DNA of 64,000 nucleotides from Guillardia theta CCMP2712 (GCF_000315625.1 NW_005434644.1:378973-442972), one strand, 5' to 3'; positions 15,975 through 28,025 are shown, numbered from the stretch's first letter. Notes: generated by a model not told the origin, from the sequence alone. Program-made: numbers and translations.

Positions 15975-17060
15975 TAGGCGATCCCTCGGAGCCTCCGATC
16001 GGCCGCGCCGGGCCGGGCGGGCCACTTCCAAAGTTCCGACTCGGCGACCGTCGGACTGCAGTGCCGCGGCCCAGGCTTGGATCGGAGCCGGCCGGCGCGC
16101 CGGCGCCCCCCGGCGCCCCCTCTCCCCGCCTTCAAGTACTCAAAGTTAAGCTCAAAGATCAGTACGAGGGCAATCATGGCAGGAGAGTCGAGGACTCGGA
16201 GGCTTGACCCTGACAATGTCGCCGCACTGGCCAACTTGGCAAACGGCGAGAAGAGTCGAGGTTGAAAGACAGCGAGAACCAAACCCAATCTTGCCGACTG
16301 CTGTCCCCCAAACTTAACTGATACCTTCACTTAACTGCGCGCAGGACAATCATGGCATTCGGGGCCCCGTGCCGCCCGGCGGCCCGGCGGATGCCGGGCG
16401 GGGGTGACGGCGCCAGCGATACTAGGCTCAGTGGCCGCCGCCGAACTTCGGAAGGAATGAGAACTTTTGAACACTGGCATATGATACCGGAACTTCGGAA
16501 TCAGAACTTGGCACCGGGCCGTAGCACCCCCGGGGGTGCTGTGCTGGCGCGGCTTGCAGTCAGGCCGGCCCTCCGTTTGCTCCGGGCCGAGCGCTGCCCG
16601 GTCCGGTCACCATGATTCCGGGCCATTATTCACGGTCACTGAATACTGTGACACTGATGTGAGATGCTGAAGTCCGGCCCGGAGTCCAGGATAACCCATC
16701 AGTGCCATTCGCCGGTGCCGTACTACCGTACAGTCGGCACGGTCTGGGGCCGGCGTACCGGATGCTTGAACTACGGTACGGTACACACGTTACAGCCTGG
16801 CAGTACATTGAAATCATCGGAATGACTCAAGTTGCCGGCCGCCGCGGCGGTCCTACCGTAGTACCGTACTACTGAACTTCGGAACGGTGACTCCGCCTCC
16901 GGCGAGCGGCCCGGCCGCGGGCGGCCCGGCCCGGCAACCCTTCAGTCAAACTTGAATTTTCCGACAAAAAAAAAACCGTGACTGCAGTTTGACGTACCGT
17001 ACGGAGGACCGGCGTACCGTCTCAAGTACGTTGACTAGCGACGGTCGGACAGCGAAAGGA
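15975..17060. other. GC-rich palindromic-word island
   Basis: Same vocabulary as 421-1140 (GAACTTCGGAA three times, GTACCGTAC, CCGGGCCG). Lies upstream of the ankyrin gene. Confidence 0.7.
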
Positions 17061-17149
17061 GGATGCGGCCCGTCACGTCAAGGGTATCTCCGATGATCAT
17101 CGACCACAGGATGCGAAGGACCCTTACAAAGAGGGACGTATCGCTCACT

Positions 17150-17400
17150 GGGGCTCCCCCTGCCCTGCCCTGCCCTGCCCTGCCCTGCCCTCCGACTCAG
17201 GGGCTCCCCCTGCCCTGCCCGGCCCTGCCCTGCCCTGCCCTGCCCTGCCCTGCCCTCAGGGGCTCTTCCTTCCCACCCCTCCTCTCCCCTGCCCTCAGGG
17301 GCTCCGGGAGTCCCACTCCCCTCCCCTCAGGGGCTCCCCTGCCGCAGTGCCCTGCCCTGCCCTGCCCTGCCCTCAGGGGCTTCCCTTCACACCCCTCCCT
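17150..17400. repeat. (GCCCT)n / CTCAGGGGCTC minisatellite
   Basis: Tandem TGCCC pentamers interspersed with CTCAGGGGCTC units. Confidence 0.85.
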
Positions 17401-18507
17401 CCCCCCCCCCCTCCTTCTTGAACAAGTAGTTCTCCGACTCAGAACGTTCTATCGTCTTCGCAACCCCCTTCCCTCGGGACTTTTCTCCCCCGTCTCTCAC
17501 CTCGTATGTTCCTTTCTCCCTCTAGCCTCTTCACGTGATGAATTCTCCGTCTATCCTTTCTTCGTTTCTCCACGTGAAAGCGCAGAAACACATCGCTGTC
17601 CTTCCCATGCGACCCCCGCCTTCTCTTCATTTCGCTCTCAAGCACCCTTCCTAAACGCTCCTTGCAGGCGCCTTTCATAGACGGCTCATTATCAGCACGG
17701 TGAGCACGATCTGCCTCCATTATAAAGAGGCGGATCGCTCATTGCGGGTCTGACGGACCAGCGGTGTCTCCTCTTCGTAGTTGGACCATCACTGTACAGA
17801 GTGGTAACATGGCGAGAGGGTTGTCAAGCTCCCCCTTCGAATGGCTGAGGATACGGCTTGATGGAGAGCAGGCAAAGCAGAAGCAACGGCGCAGAGGAGA
17901 GTCGCTCGGTCGGGCATGTGTTTGGTCACGCTGATGGGAATCAAGAACGAGCTGGCTATAGAGGTTGAATCAGAGATATGTGGTTCAGATAGAAAGATCC
18001 TTGACAGGACAGGCTCTGCTCGTCTATCAGGATGACATCGAAGATTATTTGGCTACCTTGCAGTGATTGGCAATTGCGATGCCGTTGTTATACGACGCAG
18101 AAGACGGTGAAAGTAGAATAAAACTCGAGTGTGATGTCAGGCAGGAAGATAATTGATCATGATAGAACGTTGGAGATGAGTGAATCAACCATCAAATCTC
18201 CGATTCTAATTTGAAGCGTCACCGAATCGCGCGAGCACACCGAGCTCCTGGTCAAAGGAGCGAGGAAGTTCTTCACTTGATCGAGGACACGACCGAGGAC
18301 ACGCATGTTGACAGACTTTTGCGCCCTTGCAATGTTGCCATGTAGTCGCTGCTGCCACTGCATATGAGTGCAGCATCACGTCGCTCTCCCTACCAATCTT
18401 GCATCAACTCTCATCACTCGTCTCTCCCCAGCTTTCCCCATCTGCTCTGTGAGTTGTCTGGTTTTACTTTTTTTTATTACACTCCACCTCCTCTATACAC
18501 ACTTCCG

Positions 18508-19251
18508 TCATCGTTTCTCCTGCATGTGACGTATTTCCACTGCTGCTCCTTCCATAACGCTCCACACCTCCGTCCTGTCTCCCTGCTTCCCTCCCGGCCT
18601 CGTCCTCCCTCGTCCTCGCTGCCCTGGCCTTCCCTTCGCCCCCGCCTTCTTCTTCTCCGCAAAGCGCACCATCACCCGATGCGCGTTCTCTGGTCGTAGC
18701 AGCTTGCTGATCGCCGCCCGGCTCTTCCCGTACGTCTCTGCGATGGTCATCTGCTTCATGGGGCTCTCCTCCTGTCCGGCCCTGTAGTAGAGCTGGATGA
18801 TCTCGGCCTTCTCCTGGAGCGTGAGGCGCTTCTTGCCGATGCATGCTTGCCGGTGCGCCGTGCGCTCGACGTCGCCCCACGCTCGCTTGGTGTTCTTGGG
18901 GTCATCGGGAGAGGAGCAAGCAGGCCCTGGACAGAGCCGCTGGTCAGCGTCTTGAAGGGAGGGCTCCTCCGTGTTTGAGGGTTGGGAAGGAGGGTCTTGC
19001 TTGCTGAGGAGGCAGAGGAGGCAGAGGTCCTCGTAAATCTCAGGCTTTGTCGTGCTGGAGGACGTGTCCTCGTGCCAAATTGCGTCTCCACACTCCAGGC
19101 AGGTGGGGGAGGAGAGGGGCTCGTGGAGGAGGTCGAAAATGTCAGGAGGGGAGCGAGGAGGAGGTTCCGTTTGTGATGAGATGTTGAGAGAGGAGGAGGG
19201 CTGGAGGAGAGCGAGGAAGTCAGGGGCAGGATCATCATGCATGGAAGCCAT
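18508..19251 (-). CDS. HTH-core family copy 1: C2C2 Zn-finger-like head plus CENP-B/psq-type HTH
   Basis: Intronless. CLECG...DLCLLC followed by KRLTLQEKAEII...QMTIAETYGKSRAAISKLLR. First ATG at 19251. Confidence 0.8.
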   Translation of the reverse strand: MASMHDDPAPDFLALLQPSSSLNISSQTEPPPRSPPDIFDLLHEPLSSPTCLECGDAIWHEDTSSSTTKPEIYEDLCLLCLLSKQDPPSQPSNTEEPSLQDADQRLCPGPACSSPDDPKNTKRAWGDVERTAHRQACIGKKRLTLQEKAEIIQLYYRAGQEESPMKQMTIAETYGKSRAAISKLLRPENAHRVMVRFAEKKKAGAKGRPGQRGRGRTRPGGKQGDRTEVWSVMEGAAVEIRHMQEKR

Positions 19252-19528
19252 GGATGTCAAAGCGACTGAAGAGGCTACGTACCCTTCGTTCAATCGCTTT
19301 TTTCTAGGGACCCCACCCCCCTCTTTCCATACCCTGACATGATTTTATATTGCCATATTTTATGTGCAGCTGCCTCAGCAGTCACTGTTAGGAGGATGAC
19401 CACCGGTGCTACGGACACAAAGGGGTCTGTGCACCGGTACTTTCTCCTGATATCCGGACGGGTCCTGTTGGTTGACGCGTCCTTGAGCGATACCAACAAT
19501 GATGCGGCCCATTTGGATCGGAACAATA

Positions 19529-19711
19529 GATAGTTCTTGAGTACCCCCTTGAGCATAGCCCCCACCCCCGCGGCTGAAGGCGTGAGTACCCCTGAAACTA
19601 GCCTGACGTGATTTTTTAATATGAGTTATTGATAGGTCTTGAGTACCCCCTTGAGCATAGCCCCCACCCCCCGGCTGCAGGCTTGAGTACCCCTGGAACT
19701 ACCCTGCCGTG
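19529..19711 (+). repeat. ~80-bp direct repeat (19529-19610 and 19631-19711) containing four TGAGTACCCC motifs
   Basis: Both units read GATAG.TCTTGAGTACCCCCTTGAGCATAGCCCCCACCCC...TGAGTACCCCTG.AACTA.CCTG.CGTG. Located between divergent copies 1 and 2. Confidence 0.9.
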
Positions 19712-19799
19712 TTTCGACACTCTCAATAATACAACTTTTAAGAGCGAAATCAAGTCTCTTAGGAAAGACCTCCAAAAGAAACATGATCGAATCATTGAT

Positions 19800-20306
19800 A
19801 TGAGGCAGCGTATTAATGACCTGCATGATGATCTCGACGATGTGAACAGAAGAATCGATGACGCACTCGCAAGACTCAACGAGCGTGATTCTTCCTTTGA
19901 CTACACTAAAGGCTTCTTCTACCTCACCCTTGGCCTCGATGCAACGAAGAGTTGTACACCAAGCGAGGTCACCAAGTATGAGTCCAGAAAACAACAAAAC
20001 GCCGACAAGCGACTCCCAAGGCCTGCTTGCTCCTCTCCCGACGACCCCAAGAACACCAAGCGAGCGTGGGGCGACGTCGAGCGCACGGCGCACCGGCAAG
20101 CATGCATCGGCAAGAAGCGCCTCACGCTCCAGGAGAAGGCCGAGATCATCCAGCTCTACTACAGGGCCGGACAGGAGGAGAGCCCCATGAAGCAGATGAC
20201 CATCGCGGAGACGTACGGGAAGAGCCGGGCGGCGATCAGCAAGCTGCTACGACCAGAGAACGCGCATCGGGTGATGGTGCGCTTTGCGGAGAAGAAGGTG
20301 ATGTAA
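19800..20306 (+). CDS. HTH-core family copy 2: coiled-coil head (no Zn finger), HTH and truncated tail
   Basis: ORF 19629-20306 with first ATG at 19800. Heptad-like RINDLHDDLDDVNRRIDDAL. Identical 85-aa core at 20043-20297. Confidence 0.75.
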   Translation: MRQRINDLHDDLDDVNRRIDDALARLNERDSSFDYTKGFFYLTLGLDATKSCTPSEVTKYESRKQQNADKRLPRPACSSPDDPKNTKRAWGDVERTAHRQACIGKKRLTLQEKAEIIQLYYRAGQEESPMKQMTIAETYGKSRAAISKLLRPENAHRVMVRFAEKKVM

Positions 20307-20709
20307 CAGAAAGCGAGCCTGAGGCGACGTTGAGCGAATGGCGCAGGTCTAGGGCTAGGCGGCGGCAGGAAGACAGATAGTTATTCTGCGAGAGGAGGCT
20401 TGAAGGAAGCCGCAAGGAGAGGAGGGCAAACAGATTGCAAACTTAATCAGAACGTGAGATGGAAAGGACAAGGAGCTGAGCTGCCTGACAGAGACAGAGA
20501 ACATTGGAGTGCAGTGTGAACAAGGGAACAAAGAGTGTAGAAGTGCTGAAAGATTCGTTACATTTTGCTCTGCAATGTGGGATAACAGATCCATCATCAT
20601 CTTGTTCACCTGATCGCTTCCTGAAGCACCGGCCCCGAGCTGTCGGACCTTGACACCTATTGAAAGTTTGAAATAGGACCGGTGTCTTGACCAGCTCGGC
20701 AATTTGCCT

Positions 20710-21670
20710 GGACCGGTGGTCATCCTCCTACAGATGCCCGTCCATGCATGCACAAAAAAAACACTTCGGCCTCCGTGCTGACTTTTTTTTCTCCTCCTAT
20801 CCAGGTTTTGCCGTCATCCGGGGGAGCAAGGAGCCCCGTGGGGCTGGAAAGAGGACGAGGACCTCGAAAGAGGACGAGGACCTCGAAAGAGGACGAGGAC
20901 CTCGAAAGAGGACGAGGACCTCGAAAGAGGACGAGGGAGATTCCATATCTCGCAGGCCTTGGCCTCTTCTTCTCCAGGCACAGCACAAGACGTACCGCGC
21001 CATCCCCTCCTCTTCCTTGCTCAAGCTTCAAAGGGCACTCGTCTTCACCTGTGAGTCGCGGCGATGAGCTTCATCCGCACTGAAGCTGCCGCCCGCTGGT
21101 CGTCGCTGAGTGATGCGTGAGGCTCTTGATCTGCCTCATGTCAGCATGAGCAATGAAACCACGCTACGTCGCGTCGCCAAGCCGCGACATGACATTGACC
21201 ACCACTGCTTTCTGCTGCAAGATGATACGTCCTGGTGGTCGGGATGAAGGCAGGCTCTCTCTCATGTGAGAGAGGCTGCTCGGGCGCCTCGGGGGGGGGG
21301 GCGGCTGGAGAGCTTGTGTGCTGCTGCCGGAGAGCTTGTCGTCGTACGGATGCGCTTTCGGTCTCTGCCATGCAGCTCTGACTCTCACAGGGAGCGCAGC
21401 GAAGCCCGTGTCTGGTGTGCGATGCTGCAGGCCTTGTACAGCACTCGGACGAGATCAGAGAGCCGCTTGAGACTTGAAGAGGGTGACATCTTGCAAAGCA
21501 CACCTTGATGGCTGTACACAAGAGCCATGTGCTGGTCCAGCTGGAATCTGACAGATAGGCTCGCTGGTTGCCCGGAGCGACTTTATCTAGGGCTCGAGAC
21601 GCACGACGAGAGCAGCATGCTTCTCGCCTCATCGCCAACGGTAATGGGTGAATGATGACCCTGATCTCCA
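20710..21670 (+). repeat. ~0.95-kb duplicated segment, copy A (copy B at 26931-27830), probably a decayed gene
   Basis: Near-identical from GACCGGTGGTCATCCTCCTA to GAATGATGACCCTGATCT. Copy A has the 19-bp unit GAAAGAGGACGAGGACCTC expanded about four times. Confidence 0.9.
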
Positions 21671-22035
21671 TCTTTCTTAATTTGATTTTTCAATGATGAC
21701 CCTGATCTTGTTGTGTGTGTTCTTGTGTCTGTTTGCATCGGGCCTCTGTTTTCTGGACTCACACCTTGCTACAAAAAATTCTGAACTTGCAGCCACGACT
21801 TACTTGTTGCTCACTTCAATGACGGTCAGCAATACTTGAAAACTACTTATAAGTATATAGAGCTATTGTAAACCAATGGTTGCCTCTGAGTCGCCTGTTG
21901 CTGCTGTCAAGATTTTTCCTTTCGCCCTCAGTTCAAAGCATACTCGATCCTCAATAACCATTCCATCCCACTTCCACGTAAGCTCATGCTTGGTGGGTTT
22001 TCAGGTTTACTTCTTCTTATTACACTCCACCTCCT

Positions 22036-22776
22036 CTATACACACTTCCGTCCTAAACCCTCCATAACGTTCTGCATCGTCTCTCCTCCATGCGTCGTCT
22101 TCCAGGCAGCCTGTTCCATCTGATCTCCTTGCTTCCCTTCCAGCCTCGCCCTCCCTCGTCCTCGCTGCCCTGGCCTTCCCTTCGCCCCCGCCTTCTTCTT
22201 CTCCGCAAAGCGCACCATCACCCGATGCGCGTTCTCTGGTCGTAGCAGCTTGCTGATCGCCGCCCGGCTCTTCCCGTACGTCTCTGCGATGGTCATCTGC
22301 TTCATGGGGCTCTCCTCCTGTCCAGCCCTATAGTAGAGCTGGATGATCTCGGCCTTCTCCTGGAGCGTGAGGCGCTTCTTGCCGATGCATGCTTGCCGGT
22401 GCGCCGTGCGCTCGACGTCGCCCCACGCTCGCTTGGTGTTCTTGGGGTCATCGGGAGAGGAGCAAGCAGGCCCTGGACAGAGCCGCTGGTCAGCGTCTTG
22501 AAGGGAGGGCTCCTCCGTGTTTGAGGGCTGGGAAGGAGGGTCTTGCTTGCTGAGGAGGCAGAGGAGGCAGAGGTCCTCGCTGGACTCAGCACGGTCCTCG
22601 TGCCATATGGCCCCTCCACACTCCAGGCAGGCGGGGGAGGAGAGGGGCTCATGGAGGAAGTCATTGTGCAGAGGAGGGGGATGAAAGGGGTCATCTTGAC
22701 ATGGAGGGAGGCAGGAGGAGGGGTCGAGGAGAGCGAGGAAGTCAGGGGCGGAGGCGTGGAAGGGAGCGAGCAGCAT
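22036..22776 (-). CDS. HTH-core family copy 3
   Basis: Intronless 246-aa ORF with CLECGG...DLCLLC and the identical core. Confidence 0.85.
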   Translation of the reverse strand: MLLAPFHASAPDFLALLDPSSCLPPCQDDPFHPPPLHNDFLHEPLSSPACLECGGAIWHEDRAESSEDLCLLCLLSKQDPPSQPSNTEEPSLQDADQRLCPGPACSSPDDPKNTKRAWGDVERTAHRQACIGKKRLTLQEKAEIIQLYYRAGQEESPMKQMTIAETYGKSRAAISKLLRPENAHRVMVRFAEKKKAGAKGRPGQRGRGRARLEGKQGDQMEQAAWKTTHGGETMQNVMEGLGRKCV

Positions 22777-23939
22777 GGGGTTGAGAGCTGAGGTATCGAG
22801 CTAGCAGGTGTCCACCGCAGAGGTCAAAAAACCAAATAAAAATCTTTAGATCTTCCGCTGCTTCTAGATTTTACTCAACTCCTCACAAGGACAGTTGTTA
22901 CTCTTACAAGTGTTTTAGGCGTGCTCTACATCGTTTTAGCCGCCCGCATCCGTCCCGGTACGTGGAGAAAAAAAAACTAAAAAACATCTACACGAGACTA
23001 TCTTTTTTTTATTTGGCGAACCACCACGTTGTCATGGCCGCTGCTGTTGCACTTTTAATTTCTAATAGTTGGAGTCGGCCCTATTATTGTTATAAGAGAC
23101 TAGATTGCAATCATTATTAATTAACTTACCACAGGAAGTCAATTATTAATATAAGTCAATCCCAATCCGTACCCTGTTATGCTGCCGTTGATTCAGACTG
23201 ACGGAACAAAGATCAAGGCTTTAATGTAGAGTAGGACTGCGACAGGCAAGGTGGGCGTTCACTGACGAGCACAAAGAAATTCGCGAAACAGCCGCTCTGT
23301 GAAGTGAGTTGCGGATAGGACGAGGGAGGCGGAGCTCGTTTCAAGTTTAACTTGCAGGGTGAAAAGGAGATTGTGTTGTAGTCATCAGAGCGAAGGAGAC
23401 ACGAATCGTTCGAATCAAATTTTTCAGTCATATTCACACACACATCATCCAAGTCAATTGCAAGCAGAGGCTCTCCTCGCTCCTGTCTCTGAACTTTTCA
23501 CGTTACCCATGCCAGTGTGACCAGGCGCAGTCGCTCGAGGTTGATGAGAGCTCTCAGGTCGTCTGGACAGAAGTAAATGGATCCAAGGAATTGGGACCAG
23601 CCACAGGGGAGACTCGCGACGGCGGCGTCAAAGTTCGGGACTGGAAACATACAACTCTTCTTTGCATCTATCTAGAAGGATATATTGATGGGAGAGCAGA
23701 CGTCCAAAACGAGCAAGGCTCCCGTCATAATTCATTTAGAGCCAACTTCCAGCATCTTTCTTCGGCATCTCTCTTCCTGAGTCTGCATCTCCTGTGACAG
23801 GCAAAATTGCACAATAAGAACCTGCTTACTTACAACGCGATCCTGATAGCGACGTAGACAGCATCTCGGTCGCCCTGACCAGAGCTGTGGCCTATTCACA
23901 CCTTGAGTCCTACATTTTCTCCAGACACATCCCCCCTGC

Positions 23940-24210
23940 CGCTCTTGGCTCCTGATCGCTCCGCCTGCTAGTACTTGATTTCCGTCAGCGACTCTCCTCA
24001 CTCGGCGTCGTCTTCAGCGATATGAGCTGGGTCAAGCTTGACCCCCTCCCAACGTTTGCCAGGCAGAGTGATGGTACAATTGCCAACAGGAGGACAGAGG
24101 AGGACAGACCTCTCACCTCTCTACTAGAGCACAGGAGCCGTCTATGAAAGACGAAGACTGCAAGGAGCGACGGGGTGCAGAAAGGTGTGAAGGGAGGGAC
24201 GAGAGTCAAA
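23940..24210 (+). repeat. Direct repeat, copy A (copy B at 26140-26640), flanking HTH copy 4
   Basis: The 107-bp block 24016-24122 is identical to 26268-26374, with shorter collinear blocks on each side. Confidence 0.9.
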
Positions 24211-24905
24211 AGGGAGAAATTGAGTGCAACAGCACCAGCTCCTCGTCGACCAGAGCGAGGAGCAGGATGAGGAGGGATGCCTGGCTGGCTGGGCGTGCGA
24301 GGTGGAGAGATTGTGGGGGAGGAGCAGGAGCCGTCTATGCAGATCGATGGCAGGAATCGGAGCGTACGGGAGGGGTATTTGAGAGCAGGAAGGTATGAAG
24401 CGAGTGCAAGAGAGATTGCAAGCAAGGACAATGAAGGCGTGTGATGGTGAGGGAGGAGGAGTGATCGAGCAAGCAGCAGGAGCGTGGAGGATGGGTGAAG
24501 GCGGCAGAAGATGTGAGGGATGAGACGGGAGTGACGTTCGGAGGCGAAGGGGGGTGGGGGGGGGGAAGAGGTCGACATCAGTGATACCTCTACTCGGGTG
24601 GATCCACTTACGAGGTCCTCACGTCCTCTTTTCGCTGTTTCGCTGTCCATTATTATAAAGATCTCCCTTACAATCTCCCGGACCTACATCTTTACTCCCT
24701 CCCGGGTCATAGGGGGCTAGGGCTAGCTAGACTAAAACTATAATACGGAGGTTATATTGGGTAATGACAAAAACAAAAAAAACCCGGAACTAAAACCACT
24801 TTTTAAAACGACTTCCGAGACTTGACCCGCCGATCAATCATAGGAGGACGACCACCGGTCCAACATAAGTATCCTTCTCCAGCACCGGTGCTATCCTCCT
24901 CCTCC

Positions 24906-25688
24906 ATGGCGCTTCCGCATGATCATGACCCGCCTCCTGATGCTTTTCCTGAATGTTTCCTCCGCGCCCCCTCCATCCCCCAGGACGACTCCAGCTCTCA
25001 TCGCCAGCCGACTCCTGCTCTCGCCGCTGACCATGCACAGTCGAAGCGACCGGAGCCTCACCTCGAATCATTCTCTTCCCACGCGTGCAGAGACTGCGGA
25101 GGAGCAGTATTGATCGACCAAAAGGATAAAACTGAGACGGACATCTGCCTCCTCTGCCTCCTCAGCAAGATCGATGCATCACCAGAAGAACAGCTAAAAA
25201 CAGAACAGAACGACACTGAGCTCTTCTTAGACACCTCATCCCGCCCACATGAAAACCAGGACCCCAAGAATACCAAGCGAGCATGGGGCGACGTCGAGCG
25301 CACGGCGCACCGGCAAGCATGCATCGGCAAGAAGCGCCTCACGCTCCAGGAGAAGGCCGAGATCATCCAGCTCTACTACAGGGCCGGACAGGAGGAGAGC
25401 CCCATGAAGCAGATGACCATTGCGGAGACGTACGGGAAGAGCCGGGCGGCGATCAGCAAGCTGCTACGACCAGAGAACGCGCATCGGGTGATGGTGCGCT
25501 TTGCGGAGAAGAAGAAGGCGGGGGCGAAGGGAAGGCCAGGGCAGCGAGGACGAGGGAGGGCGAGGCCGGAAGGGAAGCAGGGAGACGGGAAGGAGGAGGT
25601 GGGAGCCTCATCATCGCAAGGAAAGTCGAAGGCGATGGGGGAAGCGGGCCTTGGGGAGGCTGGGAGCTTGTATCAAGGAGGATGGTAG
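24906..25688 (+). CDS. HTH-core family copy 4 (divergent Zn-finger-like head)
   Basis: CRDCGG...DICLLC plus the identical core. First ATG at 24906. Confidence 0.85.
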   Translation: MALPHDHDPPPDAFPECFLRAPSIPQDDSSSHRQPTPALAADHAQSKRPEPHLESFSSHACRDCGGAVLIDQKDKTETDICLLCLLSKIDASPEEQLKTEQNDTELFLDTSSRPHENQDPKNTKRAWGDVERTAHRQACIGKKRLTLQEKAEIIQLYYRAGQEESPMKQMTIAETYGKSRAAISKLLRPENAHRVMVRFAEKKKAGAKGRPGQRGRGRARPEGKQGDGKEEVGASSSQGKSKAMGEAGLGEAGSLYQGGW

Positions 25689-26139
25689 GGACTGGTAGAA
25701 GTTGATTGACGAAGCCTAGTAAACCTGATGACTCACAGAGCAGGGCTGCAAGGCAGTTGGAACAAAAGGGAGAAAAACAACAAGATCACAGTTTAGGAGC
25801 GAGCCATGGCTTTATCAGTAGAATCTTCCACAGTGCTTACTGTCGTCCTTGTCTTCTTCCTCATTCATGACGTGATCATGTTTTCGTTTCATTTTGACCA
25901 AGAGCTGCCAGATGGAGATTTCATCGCATACCCGTCGGATAGCAATCAGGCCTCGTCGCCACCAGGTAGCTCAACCGTCGATGTCTCTCCTGATACAGTC
26001 AAAGACAGCATCTCCCATCTTGTTTGCCCTGACCAGAGCTGACAGCAACCGCTTCTTGTCGTGTCCAGCTTCCTCCTCCACAAACACACCCGATACCCCA
26101 TCCTCACCTCTCTCCCGCATCTCTCCTGCGTGGTCAAGC

Positions 26140-26640
26140 TGCTTTTGGCTTCTGATCCACATGACAAATCCGCCTGCTAGTACTTGATTCCCCTCAGCCT
26201 GATCGCATACCCGCCAAGCAACGTTTCTCTCAGCCATCTCCTCTGCTCCCCGTCCAGCCGTATCCTTAGCGATATGAGCTGGGTCAAGCTTGACCCCCTC
26301 CCAACGTTTGCCAGGCAGAGTGATGGTACAATTGCCAACAGGAGGACAGAGGAGGACAGACCTCTCACCTCTCTCCTCCTCGTCTCTCCTGCTGGTCCGT
26401 CCTACCCGCACTGAGCGATCCGCCCCTTGCAGCATCAGCTCCTCCTCCTTCAGAGTACGATGAAAAGGGAGCAGCATTGAAAAGCATGGCGAGGAACATC
26501 TTGCTCCAGCCAGGAACGAGGAGAGATATGGGAGGGGGGAGAGCACAGGAGCCGTCTATGAAAGACGACGATGCAAGTGGCGTCTTCGAGGGGTGTTTGA
26601 GAGTAGGAAGGTGTGAAGGGCGGGACGAGAGTCAACAGGG
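26140..26640 (+). repeat. Direct repeat, copy B of 23940-24210
   Basis: Same blocks as copy A, with longer intervening segments. Confidence 0.9.
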
Positions 26641-26930
26641 AGGAGCCGAGCGATTCCAATGGTGTGTGATGGCAAGGGAGGGAGAGGAGGATTGAGTGAG
26701 AAAGACAGGTTTGTCATCATGACGCTTACCTCTGTAACCATCTGCCACACAGACAATGATTGAAATAAAGCAATGGACGACCCAGCATTTCATTCCAACT
26801 CCAGTTCGGCAACCTGCTTGACACACAACATCTTTCACAAACACTCCATTATCCTTGATATAACTTCATACTCCTTCTCCCCTCCAGCCACCTTCACTCC
26901 ACCTCCTTCGGCAATCTGAAGGCAGGGCCT

Positions 26931-27830
26931 GACCGGTGGTCATCCTCCTATGGATGTCGATTAAGTCAAACTTTGGCCTCCGTGCTGACTTTTTTTTTCT
27001 CCTCCTATCGAGGTTTTGCCGTCATCGGGGGGAGCAAGGAGCCCGTGGGCGCCCTGGAAAGAGGACGAGGACCTCGAAAGAGGACGAGGGAGATTTCGTA
27101 TCTCGCAGGCCTTGGCCTCTTCTTCTCCAGGCACAGCACAAGACGTACCGCGCCCTCCCCTCCTCTTCCTTGCTCAAGCTTCAAAGGGCACTCGTCTTCA
27201 CCTGTGAGTCGCGGCGATGAGCTTCATCCGCACTGAAGCTGCCGCCCGCTGGTCGTCGCTGAGTGATGCGTGAGGCTCTTGATCTGCCTCATGTCAGCAT
27301 GAGCAATGAAACCACGTTACTTCGCATCGCCAAGCCGCGACACGACATTGACCACCATTGCTTTCTGCTGCAAGATGATACGTCCTGGTGGTCGGGATGA
27401 AGGCAGGCTCTCTCTCATGTGAGAGAGGCTGCTCGGGCGCCTCGGGGGGGAGGGGGGGGCTGGAGAGCTTGTGTGCTGCTGCCGGAGAGCTTGTCGTCGT
27501 ACGGATGCGCTCTCGGTCCCTGCCATGCAGCTCTGACTCTCACGGGGAGCGCAGCGAAGCCCGTGTCTGGTGTGCGATGCTGCAAGCCTTGTACAACACT
27601 CGGACGAGATCAGAGAGCCGCTTGAGACTTGAAGAGGGTGACATCTTGCAAAGCACACCTTGATGGCTGTACACAAGAGCCATGTGCTGGTCCAGCTGGA
27701 ATCTGACAGATAGGCTCGCTGGTTGCCCGGAGCGACTTTATCTAGGGCTCGAGACGCACGACGAGAGCAGCATGCTTCTCGCCTCGTCGCCAACCTCGTG
27801 AGGAAACGGGTGAATGATGACCCTGATCTG
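26931..27830 (+). repeat. Duplicated segment, copy B of 20710-21670
   Basis: Collinear and near-identical to copy A. Confidence 0.9.
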
Positions 27831-28025
27831 CATCATGCGTTGAATGTTTTGCTTGCCGGATTATCTCATCTTGCTCTTGAGGATTCTGGCCTTTTCCTCA
27901 CTGCTGGAATTCTGTCGTTCTTATCTTCTCCCGTCTCCATGTCATCCTACTTCTAGACTGTGCTTTTCCCGATGCATTGTCACTCCGCTGTATTGGATTT
28001 CAGGTTTTACGGCTTTTTGTAAGAT

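Noticed and set aside
15974-17060. Short Arg/Gly/Pro-rich ORFs in the GC islands (also 556-804, 29449-29731, 57171-57939)
   Set aside because: These are expected from high GC content and show no domain or codon signal.
17440-18400. Possible decayed genes here and at 23200-23900
   Set aside because: The composition looks coding-like, but I could not assign any motif.
20845-20935. 19-bp repeats as a CRISPR array
   Set aside because: The units are directly tandem with no spacers, there are no cas genes, and the context is eukaryotic.
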